Assembly (NCBI GenBank): GCA_937127435.1
Contig: CAKZLZ010000156.1
Location: 10,554 to 74,553, forward strand
Source: an uncultured Verrucomicrobiota bacterium
GTDB lineage: Bacteria > Verrucomicrobiota > Kiritimatiellia > SS1-B-03-39 > UBA6053
Direction of reading: 5' to 3'
DNA length: 64,000 nucleotides
Shown here: one piece after another, positions 49,316 through 57,901 of the stretch
Position numbering within the stretch: position 1 is the first letter of the stretch
Layout: the number at the start of each line of letters is the position of its first letter
Notes under the pieces: model-generated
What the model was told of the DNA's origin: nothing
The model's input: only the letters and a program-made list of their open reading frames with translations
Database searches by the model: none
Made by a program: the position numbers and the translations under genes

Positions 49316-52222
49316 ATGAAAGGTTTTGATCTAAAGGCTGTCTACTCTATAACCCCCGTTCTCATGCTTTTAGTTTACCAATTTTATGCCGTAGATTCCC
49401 TTCATTTGAGTGTACGTTGTTTTTCGCTGGATTTGCCTCAGGGTGACCGTTGGACGGGTACGGCTTATCCTTTAAAGCTGGATCACATCCTTGCCGGAAA
49501 GGTGAAAGGGTTACGCGTCACCAAGTTGGATCGCAAAATCCTGACCTCCATGCAAATGCATCAAAAGATTGGGGGAAATGAGAGTCTTTTTCAGGGTTTG
49601 GATGTAACGCGTCTGTTGGACCGGCTCATTGAATCGGGTCGGGCTTATCCCGCGGGCAAAAAAAATGCCTGGCCGCTCTCCGCCGGGGAAAATCCGGAAC
49701 CGAGCCTGGAATGGGTTCTGGAACCTGAAGGGTTAAAAACGACCGTAAACCTGGAGGAGGGCTGGCATTTGATTCCGGGGAGACCGGCCTATGGGTTGCA
49801 TGCGGATACCGGAAAGTGCGCTTCCGTGAAGTTGACGGTTTCCGATAAAGTGTTGTGGAAATGGATCACCATGCCCCTGATGACTGAACAGGCGGCCACT
49901 GATTTTTGGATAAAATTGGGTGAAGAATTTCCAGAAGATCTTTTGCCCGCACCTCCCAGTTTGAAAGTGAAGAGGAAAGAAGGGGTGAGGCCGGTACCGG
50001 TGCTTGAAGTGATGGAGCCGGATCAGACTTTGCAGATTCCGCGCACCGCGCGTCTGATGTTTCAATACGGGAAACAAATCATCTGCATTGATCAGGAGGG
50101 CGAGCTGGTGCGTTGGCTGGAAAAGGGCGGGGGAGTCGAGGTACAAAGAGACCATGCGGAGGAAGCAAAATATAAAAAGGTTCTGCCGACGATGGGTTTG
50201 CGGGAGTATCAAACGGCTTCCGACCAATTGTTTGCGGTTTCGCTGCCTGAAACCCGCTATGAATTGGATCCGGCTGCGCATAGTAGTTGGGATCTGTTTG
50301 TGATGAATGCGGAACCCGACTTTCGGGAAGCGGGCTGGCTACTGAATTTACCGCAGGCTTTGCGTCCGACCTGGGTGGACAACGATCAGTGGTACCGCAG
50401 TTTTGAGTCGGGCGGGAAAGAGGGGCTTTGTTATGAGCAGGGGATTGAAGTGGACGGGAAGCGGATCAATCTTCTGCCGGTGTTGCAGGATTTTTTGATG
50501 TATCGCAAACAAAATTCACTGGGAGAAATTTTAGAGGAGATTGGTACGGGGTCTTTTCCTCTACATAGTGAAGTGGGCTTGTTGATGATTGATGCGGGTC
50601 GTTTTCAGCAAATGGTGAAAACCTTATTCGAGTTGTTTGGGGGCGGCAGCCTGGATCGGCAAAACCGCTTGCGGATCAGCGACTGGCGGGCGGCGGAATT
50701 GTACGACGAAGAGGTCGAAGGATGGCAGCCGACCCCGGAACTGCTCAAAGCGGTGGAAGGCTTGGGGGCGCAGGATTTGCAGGTGCAGAGCCTCGAACCA
50801 CCGACAGGTTTTGTCGGCGAGTTGCGGGATTATCAAAAACGGGGCTTAGGCTGGATCGATTTTCTTTCCAAGTACCATTTGGGCGGCATCCTGGCCGATG
50901 ATATGGGGTTGGGGAAAACGGTGCAAGTGATTGCGGCTTTCTTGGAAATAAAAAATAATGTCTCAGGTGAGACATTATTTTTGGTGGTTTGTCCGACCAG
51001 TGTTCTGCCCAACTGGAAATCGGAAATAAAAAAATTTGCGCCGGGTTTACGAGTCCACACCCATCACGGCAGCGACCGGAATCAGCGTCAGGACAACTTG
51101 CGCAATGCGGAGGTGCTGATCACCACGTACGGAACCTTGCTGCGGGATGAAGGCCAATTCAAAGACATGAAATTTTCGGGCATCATTTTGGATGAAGCCC
51201 AGGCGATCAAAAATCCCCGGGCAAAAATCAGTAAAGTGGTCTGCGGATTACAGGCGGATCTGCGATTGGCTTTGTCGGGGACTCCCCTGGAAAATCATTT
51301 GGGTGAACTACGCTCGCTGTTTCAGTTTGCTTTGCCGGGATATTTGGGAAGTGAAAAGATTTTTAATGCGGTGATCCGTCATCCGATTGAAAAAGACAAT
51401 TCGTCCCGGGCGAAAGAATTGTTGCGTCAGAAGACCGCGCCCATCCTGTTGCGCCGCAGCAAAGATGCGGTGGCCACGGAGTTGCCTCCCAAAACGGAGA
51501 TCGTGCAGGAGCTGCCTTTAACGCCCCAGCAAGTAGATCTATATGAAGTGATTCGGGCCGCAGGTGAAAAGGATTTAATGGAAACCATCCAGGATCAGGG
51601 TTTTGAGCGTTCGCAGATTCAGGTCTTGGATGTGTTGTTGAAGTTGCGGCAGATCTGTTGTGATCCGCGGATTTGTAAAGCGGTTCCCAAAGATGTGAAA
51701 TTGGAGTCGCCGGTGAAGATCCAGTGGTTGCGGGAAGTCTTGCCGGAAATGCTGGAAGAGGGACGGCGGATTTTGTTGTTCTCCCAGTTTACTTCGATGC
51801 TGGATTTGATTCAGGTGGAAATGAAGGATCTGAAGATTCCCTTTGTGGAGATTCGGGGATCGACCAAAGACCGGGAAAAACCGGTGAAAGATTTTCAAAG
51901 TGGAAAGGTGCCGGTGTTCCTGATCAGCCTCAAAGCGGGTGGAACCGGATTAAATCTGACGGCGGCGGATACGGTGATCTTCTTTGATCCCTGGTGGAAT
52001 CCGGCGGTGGAAGCGCAGGCCGCCGATCGCGCGTACCGTATCGGACAGGACAAGCCGGTATTTGTGTATAAACTGATTTGTGCCGGCACGGTGGAGTCAC
52101 GGATCATCGAACTGCAAGAGCAGAAGAAGGCTTTGCAGGATGTGCTTCATTCGGATGCGGGTGGCGGCATGAAACTCAGTGAAGACGATTTCCGGGCCCT
52201 GCTGTCTCCGCTAGAGAAGTGA
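49316..52222 (+). CDS. SNF2-family helicase-like ATPase
   Basis: LRDYQ, GILADDMGLGKT, ILDEAQAIKN, LSGTPLENHL, LFSQF, SLKAGGTGLNLT, DRAYRIGQ; start at ATG 49316 after GAAGGT. Confidence 0.92.
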   Translation: MKGFDLKAVYSITPVLMLLVYQFYAVDSLHLSVRCFSLDLPQGDRWTGTAYPLKLDHILAGKVKGLRVTKLDRKILTSMQMHQKIGGNESLFQGLDVTRLLDRLIESGRAYPAGKKNAWPLSAGENPEPSLEWVLEPEGLKTTVNLEEGWHLIPGRPAYGLHADTGKCASVKLTVSDKVLWKWITMPLMTEQAATDFWIKLGEEFPEDLLPAPPSLKVKRKEGVRPVPVLEVMEPDQTLQIPRTARLMFQYGKQIICIDQEGELVRWLEKGGGVEVQRDHAEEAKYKKVLPTMGLREYQTASDQLFAVSLPETRYELDPAAHSSWDLFVMNAEPDFREAGWLLNLPQALRPTWVDNDQWYRSFESGGKEGLCYEQGIEVDGKRINLLPVLQDFLMYRKQNSLGEILEEIGTGSFPLHSEVGLLMIDAGRFQQMVKTLFELFGGGSLDRQNRLRISDWRAAELYDEEVEGWQPTPELLKAVEGLGAQDLQVQSLEPPTGFVGELRDYQKRGLGWIDFLSKYHLGGILADDMGLGKTVQVIAAFLEIKNNVSGETLFLVVCPTSVLPNWKSEIKKFAPGLRVHTHHGSDRNQRQDNLRNAEVLITTYGTLLRDEGQFKDMKFSGIILDEAQAIKNPRAKISKVVCGLQADLRLALSGTPLENHLGELRSLFQFALPGYLGSEKIFNAVIRHPIEKDNSSRAKELLRQKTAPILLRRSKDAVATELPPKTEIVQELPLTPQQVDLYEVIRAAGEKDLMETIQDQGFERSQIQVLDVLLKLRQICCDPRICKAVPKDVKLESPVKIQWLREVLPEMLEEGRRILLFSQFTSMLDLIQVEMKDLKIPFVEIRGSTKDREKPVKDFQSGKVPVFLISLKAGGTGLNLTAADTVIFFDPWWNPAVEAQAADRAYRIGQDKPVFVYKLICAGTVESRIIELQEQKKALQDVLHSDAGGGMKLSEDDFRALLSPLEK

Positions 52223-52223
52223 T

Positions 52224-52320
52224 GGAGCGCGGACACTCCTGTCCTAGCAGAACCTCTAGCATAAGCCACAGCATAAGAAACATGCGGGAGGTTTCGCCAG
52301 GACAGGAGTGTCCGCGCTCC
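52224..52320. repeat. REP-like element with perfect 22-bp terminal inverted repeats
   Basis: GGAGCGCGGACACTCCTGTCCT (52224-52245) / AGGACAGGAGTGTCCGCGCTCC (52299-52320). Confidence 0.85.
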
Positions 52321-52343
52321 GTTAAACTACGTTTTTTATTCTA

Positions 52344-53354
52344 TCACGACGGTCTCAAGCTGGACCCCTCCACCCATTTTCCGTTGTGAAGCAGGGTTTT
52401 GGGGATTTCGGGGATGCCGGTTTCTTTGCGTAGACGGGCGTTCATCACTAGATCTACTGCTGATTCCGCAATGAGCGCGAAGGGCTGAAGAATGCCTGCG
52501 ATGATGCCGTCATCACGAAAACAGCTCATAGATGCAAACCCCATCTCAGGACAATGCGCCTTCTGAAAGGCGTGCCATTGAGACTTGTTCCCTATGATCA
52601 TATCTGGATCCATTTTCTTTAACCAGCCGACTTTTTCAGATGCATTTTCTATTTTCGATCTGAAAATTCTGTTTTCCCCACCTGTTTCCCAGGCCATAAA
52701 GGCTGCGGAGTAGGCCCGGTGGGTCCGCGCTTCAAAATCCATATCAAGCATGAGCACGGGTCGTCTGTAGCCCTTTTGATGGATTTGTTCTAAGGCATGA
52801 ATCATCGAATAAAAGTGGCTGACTTGTGACCGGTGCAAGGGGGGATCTTTCAAACTGCTTCCAATGTGAACGGCACTGAAGTCCTGCCAATCCAATTCAG
52901 GTGCCGGAATATCTGCATCATTTGAAGGCGTGATGATGATACTTTGGATGCCTCGTGCTTTTAGAATACGGTTCAGGGCTTTTGCGTTTAAATCTGGCGT
53001 GAGTGGAATGTGTTCCAGTTTAAATCCATGATGTTGAGCGCCGCTTTCCAGACCCTTACAGGTTTGTTGAGCGTAGCTATGCATGTTTTTAACCCCTTTC
53101 CAGCGGGCGGGCCACCAAATGACGGCCACCGTTTCCTGATAGGTTACAGGTTTTCGGGCCGCGAAACTACTCATTAATTCGCTCACCATATGATCAGGTT
53201 TGTAGCCCATCTCCTCAGCCTTTTTGAGGATTTTCACCCGCATTTCTGGTCGAATGGATGCTTCGGGTGAGAATGCCCGTGACACCATCATACGAGAAAC
53301 GCCAACGGCTTCTGCAATTTGGCGCAGAGAGGGAGGAGGGCTTGAATTATTCAT
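52344..53354 (-). CDS. LacI-family transcriptional regulator
   Basis: SLRQIAEAVGVSRMMVSRAF...MGYKPD helix-turn-helix; same subtype as 6293-7411. Confidence 0.88.
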   Translation of the reverse strand: MNNSSPPPSLRQIAEAVGVSRMMVSRAFSPEASIRPEMRVKILKKAEEMGYKPDHMVSELMSSFAARKPVTYQETVAVIWWPARWKGVKNMHSYAQQTCKGLESGAQHHGFKLEHIPLTPDLNAKALNRILKARGIQSIIITPSNDADIPAPELDWQDFSAVHIGSSLKDPPLHRSQVSHFYSMIHALEQIHQKGYRRPVLMLDMDFEARTHRAYSAAFMAWETGGENRIFRSKIENASEKVGWLKKMDPDMIIGNKSQWHAFQKAHCPEMGFASMSCFRDDGIIAGILQPFALIAESAVDLVMNARLRKETGIPEIPKTLLHNGKWVEGSSLRPS

Positions 53355-53465
53355 AGAGGTGTTTTGCTTTGTGACAGTAACAAAATCAAGAAGCTATTTG
53401 ACGCCGTTTATCCATGGTATGAGAGATTTACACGTATGCCTAACGCTACGAAAGGAGCCTTCTCT

Positions 53466-54164
53466 ATGAAAAAACTAAAACGCACCCTTCTTTGTACAGC
53501 ATCTGCAGTCCTCTGCTTAACACCTGCTCGCACAGATATCCTGGTTCATTATGCTTTCACGGGTGGTTCCTCAGCCCCGAACAGTGAGTGGACGGGTGTC
53601 GATGCCGATAATTTTGTTGCCAACTTTGGTGTAAATACATCTGCCTCGTCGGGCGATGATGCCGGGTTTTCTTCGTTCTCAGAAAATGCCTATATCCGGA
53701 CGGATGCCACGGGTTCAACTGAAGCAGCAGCGCTTTCAGATGATGATTATTTCAGCTTTGAGATCTCAGCCGCAAACCCAGGAGAATTCCTGAATTTGGC
53801 ATCACTCGTGTTTGATTTTGGCGGTTCTTCGGGTTCGGAATATGATAGCGAGATTTATGTGCAGTCAAGTGTGGGTGGATTCGGTACTGGAAACCCAGTC
53901 ATTTTTACCAGTACCCATACTGTGCCTGCAAGTTCAGCGGATGCTGCGGGATTGACCTCTGGAACATCCGTAGATCTGACAGGATTTGCTCCTGTGGAAA
54001 CGATCTCTTTTCAATTTCGTTTTTCAGATGATGCAGGTACTCTCAGCCAATTAAATCGTCTCGACAACGTGATCTTAAATGGGGCGGTGGTAATTCCTGA
54101 GCCTTCTTCCCTCTTTTTACTGAGTATTGCTGTGCTGGGTCTAATCTTTTATAAAAGAAAATAA
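53466..54164 (+). CDS. PEP-CTERM surface protein
   Basis: AAGGAG RBS, signal peptide, RLDNVILNG, IPEPSS + hydrophobic stretch + YKRK. Confidence 0.87.
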   Translation: MKKLKRTLLCTASAVLCLTPARTDILVHYAFTGGSSAPNSEWTGVDADNFVANFGVNTSASSGDDAGFSSFSENAYIRTDATGSTEAAALSDDDYFSFEISAANPGEFLNLASLVFDFGGSSGSEYDSEIYVQSSVGGFGTGNPVIFTSTHTVPASSADAAGLTSGTSVDLTGFAPVETISFQFRFSDDAGTLSQLNRLDNVILNGAVVIPEPSSLFLLSIAVLGLIFYKRK

Positions 54165-54166
54165 AT

Positions 54167-55759
54167 ATGTTTGATATCGTCATTTACGGTGGAACGAGTG
54201 CAGGGGTCATGGCCGCGATCCAGGCCGCTCGGATGGGTAAATCTGTTGCATTAATTGAACCTGGAAAACACCTCGGGGGCATGACCACCGGGGGACTCGG
54301 GTGGGTGGATGTGGGAAATCCGCAAACCATCGGCGGACTTGCCCGGGAGTATTTCCACAGCGTTTGGAAACACTATCAGGATGAAGCCGCATGGAAATGG
54401 GAGACCAAGCGGCAAATGAAGGGACAGCATGCTCCGCTGTCTCCTGATGAACAAACCATGTGGATACTTGAACCTTCCGTCGCGGAGCACCTGTTTGAAA
54501 AAATGGTGGGCGAAGCAAACGTGTTGGTTTTACGCAACCAGTGGCTGAACCGCGAAAGCGGGGTGAAAATGGAAGGAGAAAAGATCGTCAGTATCGGTAT
54601 GGAATCGGGCCGGATTTTTGAAGCAAAGATGTTTATTGACGCCAGTTATGAGGGAGATCTCATGGCAGCTGCAGGGGTCTCGTATACAGTTGGACGCGAA
54701 TCAAATAGTCAATACAACGAAACCGTAAATGGAAAAACATCTCTGCCAAAAGCAGGGACCCTGCCCGATATAGATCCTTATCAAATACCAGGAGATGCGA
54801 GCAGCGGACTCCTGCCCCGCATTCATGCCGACAGGGGTGGAGAAGTGGGCGGGGGCGATCAGGAAGTACAAGCGTACAACTATCGAATGTGTCTTACAAA
54901 GGTTCCTGAAAACCGTATAAGCATTGAAAAGCCCGCCACATACGACGAAAAAAACTACGAGATCGTATTCCGCTTCATCGAAGCGGGTGGAATGGAGAAT
55001 GATTTTTTCATACATCATCTGCATGGGTCCATACTCAAGAATGACCCGCTCCCCAATGGAAAGACGGACACCAATAACAATGGATATATTTCCACGGATT
55101 ATGTGGGAATGAGCGGGGAGTATCCAGAGGCGGATTACGCCACCCGTAAGCGCATTGCCCACGCACATGAACAATGGCAAAGAGGCTTGGTCTGGACCCT
55201 GCAAAATCATCCGCGCATTCCCGAACCCCTGCGCAATCAATACGCGCCATGGGGTCTGGCCAAGGACGAATTTATCGATAACGGGCACTGGCCCACCCAG
55301 CTGTATATTCGGGAAGCCCGCCGAATGATCTCAGATCATGTTATCACTGAGCATATCGCCCGTAGCAAAGAAATTGCCCCGGATCCATTGGGACTGGGTT
55401 CTTATGCCATCGATTCTCATGCGACAAAATGGTTCGTTTCCCCTGAAGGCTTTATGAGCCGGGACGGCGGCATGTTCCACAGACTGCCTCAACCCTTTGG
55501 AATCAGCTATCGTGCCCTGATACCCAAACGCAATGAATGCCAAAATCTCTTGGTGCCTGTCTGCGTCTCCGCCACCCATGCCGCATATGGATCCATTCGG
55601 ATGGAACCGGCTTTTATGGTGTTGGGACAATCCGTTGCGACTGCCGCAAGTCTTGCGATTGACCGTAATAACATCCCCTTGCAGGATTTACCCTACGATG
55701 TGCTGCGGGCGTGTTTATTGTCGGACGGGCAAATTATCGATTGGCCAGCGGGGGAATGA
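54167..55759 (+). CDS. FAD-dependent oxidoreductase (PF12831-like)
   Basis: DIVIYGGTSAG, HLGGMTTGGLG, DASYEGDL, QAYNYRMCLT, LYIREARRM, GSIRMEPAFM. Confidence 0.9.
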   Translation: MFDIVIYGGTSAGVMAAIQAARMGKSVALIEPGKHLGGMTTGGLGWVDVGNPQTIGGLAREYFHSVWKHYQDEAAWKWETKRQMKGQHAPLSPDEQTMWILEPSVAEHLFEKMVGEANVLVLRNQWLNRESGVKMEGEKIVSIGMESGRIFEAKMFIDASYEGDLMAAAGVSYTVGRESNSQYNETVNGKTSLPKAGTLPDIDPYQIPGDASSGLLPRIHADRGGEVGGGDQEVQAYNYRMCLTKVPENRISIEKPATYDEKNYEIVFRFIEAGGMENDFFIHHLHGSILKNDPLPNGKTDTNNNGYISTDYVGMSGEYPEADYATRKRIAHAHEQWQRGLVWTLQNHPRIPEPLRNQYAPWGLAKDEFIDNGHWPTQLYIREARRMISDHVITEHIARSKEIAPDPLGLGSYAIDSHATKWFVSPEGFMSRDGGMFHRLPQPFGISYRALIPKRNECQNLLVPVCVSATHAAYGSIRMEPAFMVLGQSVATAASLAIDRNNIPLQDLPYDVLRACLLSDGQIIDWPAGE

Positions 55760-55809
55760 AACGCAGCGAAGACGATTTTCGCAAGGTGCTGTCGCCGCTT
55801 GAGAAGTAA
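55756..55809 (+). pseudogene. Displaced, diverged copy of the SNF2 gene 3' end
   Basis: 43/54 identical to 52169-52222; MKRSEDDFRKVLSPLEK-stop vs MKLSEDDFRALLSPLEK-stop. Confidence 0.9.
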
Positions 55810-55851
55810 AAGGTTTCGTTCATTCCGCTACAGCATTCGTTTTGCAAAAAC

Positions 55852-55926
55852 GTCGTTCCACGGCCCCCGTGGTAAACGAATGCTTCGGCTTTGGATTCGG
55901 TTTTACCACGAGGGCCGTGGAACGAC
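55852..55926. repeat. REP doublet of the same family as 2708-2760
   Basis: GTCGTTCCACGGCCCCCGTGGTAAA ... TTTACCACGAGGGCCGTGGAACGAC (24/25 inverted). Confidence 0.8.
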
Positions 55927-55940
55927 CTGACCCAGATCAG

Positions 55941-56342
55941 CTATCGATGTTTGATCCATTCGCAATCATACAACTCAAATTGGCGGTCGGAGGAAAACAG
56001 GGGAATGCTTTTTGAAATGGAGAGTGAAAGAATCATCCTGTCAACCGGATCCTTATGGTGCATGGGTAAGCTTTCGGCATGGCAGGCATTTTGAGCGTCT
56101 AAGCTGTACCAGGTTAATTGGAAATGGGTCATAACCTCTGTTAAAAATTCAGAGAGGGTCTCCGTTTCACAGGGAAGTGACAGTTTTCCGATTCTTAATT
56201 TTCGGGCGATTTCCCATGCCGATAAGCTGTGTACAACCGGGTGGGTGGCATTTTCCAGTTCTTGGATGGCAGATTGGTTTTGCCATCTTCCGGCCACAAG
56301 GTCCACTAAAGCACAAGTATCCAGAACATGCGTAACTCTCAT
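55941..56342 (-). CDS. PIN-domain (VapC-like) toxin
   Basis: VLDTCALV, SLSAWEI, HHKDPVDRMI, SSDRQF. Confidence 0.88.
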   Translation of the reverse strand: MRVTHVLDTCALVDLVAGRWQNQSAIQELENATHPVVHSLSAWEIARKLRIGKLSLPCETETLSEFLTEVMTHFQLTWYSLDAQNACHAESLPMHHKDPVDRMILSLSISKSIPLFSSDRQFELYDCEWIKHR

Positions 56343-56563
56343 TCCTCATCCCACTCGGATTCCCACAGGGCTTCATCCGAAACCGAAGTTTGGGCTTTCC
56401 ATTCCGCTACCGGCTCCAAGCAACGTGCGGGTGGGTTTTCCACCGCCACAATTCGGAAAGCCTGTCCGTAAACGCCTCTACGAATAAACACCGATTCTCC
56501 CTCTTCTACTTTTTTCAGTAGAGCAGATAATTGTGTTTTGGCTTTGTGTACAGTTACTTCCAT
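56339..56563 (-). CDS. Phd/YefM-family antitoxin
   Basis: VTVHKAKTQLSALLKKVEEGESVFIRR; 4-bp overlap with the PIN gene. Confidence 0.88.
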   Translation of the reverse strand: MEVTVHKAKTQLSALLKKVEEGESVFIRRGVYGQAFRIVAVENPPARCLEPVAEWKAQTSVSDEALWESEWDEE

Positions 56564-56570
56564 ATAGCTA

Positions 56571-56582
56571 AGTTAGCTAACT
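56571..56582. promoter_or_regulatory. Probable TA autorepression operator
   Basis: Perfect 12-bp palindrome AGTTAGCTAACT 8 bp upstream of the antitoxin start. Confidence 0.55.
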
Positions 56583-56678
56583 TCTATGGATGTTGCAAGA
56601 TGAAATTAGGTCCATAAAAGAACGCAGGTTCGTAAACGGTGCATTCTGAACGAATGATCATGTTGAAGACGGCGCCAT

Positions 56679-56706
56679 AAAAAAACCCCGGCGCAGGCCG
56701 GGGTTC
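56679..56706 (-). terminator. Intrinsic terminator of the gap-pgk-tpiA-secG operon
   Basis: AACCCCGGC-GCAG-GCCGGGGTT stem with an A run on + (U run on -) next to the secG stop. Confidence 0.8.
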
Positions 56707-56729
56707 TTAGGTGAAGAAGGGTACAGAGG

Positions 56730-57113
56730 TTATTCTGCAGCTTCAGCTTCTTCGGTCGCGGTTTCCACAGGTGCTTCCACAGGAGTTTCAACCTCTGCAG
56801 GCAGCGTTTCAGCTTCAACCGGCGCAGACATTCCCGGAGGAGGCGCCATTTCCGGTACGCTGTATTCGCTACCGCGGGAATAAAGTACCGCCAATGCAAT
56901 CGTGTTCAACAGAAAGACAGAGGCGAATACGATCGTCGCTTTGGTGAGCACATTTCCGGTGCGGGCGCCAAAGAGCTGTTCGCTCATGCCGCCTCCACCC
57001 AATGCGCCACCCAGTCCGCCTCCACTTTTGGAAGGTTGAACCAGGATGATCAAGGTCAGCAGGATGCTGACCAGGATCTCGACCACAATTAAAAGTCCGA
57101 TAAGAATGTTCAT
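56730..57113 (-). CDS. secG: Preprotein translocase subunit SecG
   Basis: ILVQPSKSGGGLGGALGGG, LFGARTGNVLTKAT; follows tpiA. Confidence 0.92.
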   Translation of the reverse strand: MNILIGLLIVVEILVSILLTLIILVQPSKSGGGLGGALGGGGMSEQLFGARTGNVLTKATIVFASVFLLNTIALAVLYSRGSEYSVPEMAPPPGMSAPVEAETLPAEVETPVEAPVETATEEAEAAE

Positions 57114-57122
57114 ACCGGTCTC

Positions 57123-57884
57123 TTACGCTTCAATCGCGGCTTTGACAATCCCAATAAAGGATGGAGCGTCCAGAGCGGCACCGCCGATCAATCCGCCGTC
57201 AATGTCGGGTTTAGACAGCAATTCCGCTGCATTTGCGGGTTTCATGCTGCCGCCGTACTGAATGCGCACGGTATCTGCGATGGCCTGACTGCTCAGTTCA
57301 ACCAGCAAAGAGCGGATGAAAGCGTGAACTTCCTGTGCCTGCTCGGGGCTGGCGGTTTTGCCGGTGCCGATGGCCCAGACGGGTTCGTAAGCCACTACCA
57401 GGTTTTTGAAGTCGGCTTCAGACAGCCCGGCGAGTCCGCCGTTGATCTGGGTGCGAATCACGTCCTGGTATTTGTCCGCTTCACGTTCTTCGAGGGTTTC
57501 ACCTACGCAAACGATGGGTTTTAAGCCGGCAGCCAGGGCCGCTTTGGTCTTTTGGTTGACGGATTCGTCGGTTTCACCGAAGTACTGGCGGCGTTCGCTG
57601 TGTCCGAGGATCACGTAGCGGCAGTATTGCTCGCGCAGCATTTCCGCGGAGATTTCACCGGTGTAAGCGCCGGAAGCTTCGAAGTGCATGTTTTGTGCAC
57701 CTACGGCGATCTGGGTGCCGGATACGGCCTGACTCACTGCGCTGATGGCGGTGAAGGGAGGGCAAAGGACTACGTCGACTTTGGCTTCGGAATCGAGATC
57801 CCGTTTGATCGCGTCCGCGAGGTTTTGGGCCTCGGAGACGGTTTTGTTCATCTTCCAGTTACCTGCAATAATTTTTTTTCTCAT
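57123..57884 (-). CDS. tpiA: Triosephosphate isomerase
   Basis: IAGNWKMNK, GHSERR, AYEPVWAIGTG, YGGSMKP, GGAAL. Confidence 0.98.
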   Translation of the reverse strand: MRKKIIAGNWKMNKTVSEAQNLADAIKRDLDSEAKVDVVLCPPFTAISAVSQAVSGTQIAVGAQNMHFEASGAYTGEISAEMLREQYCRYVILGHSERRQYFGETDESVNQKTKAALAAGLKPIVCVGETLEEREADKYQDVIRTQINGGLAGLSEADFKNLVVAYEPVWAIGTGKTASPEQAQEVHAFIRSLLVELSSQAIADTVRIQYGGSMKPANAAELLSKPDIDGGLIGGAALDAPSFIGIVKAAIEA

Positions 57885-57901
57885 AATTTTTCTCGGTTGA
57901 T

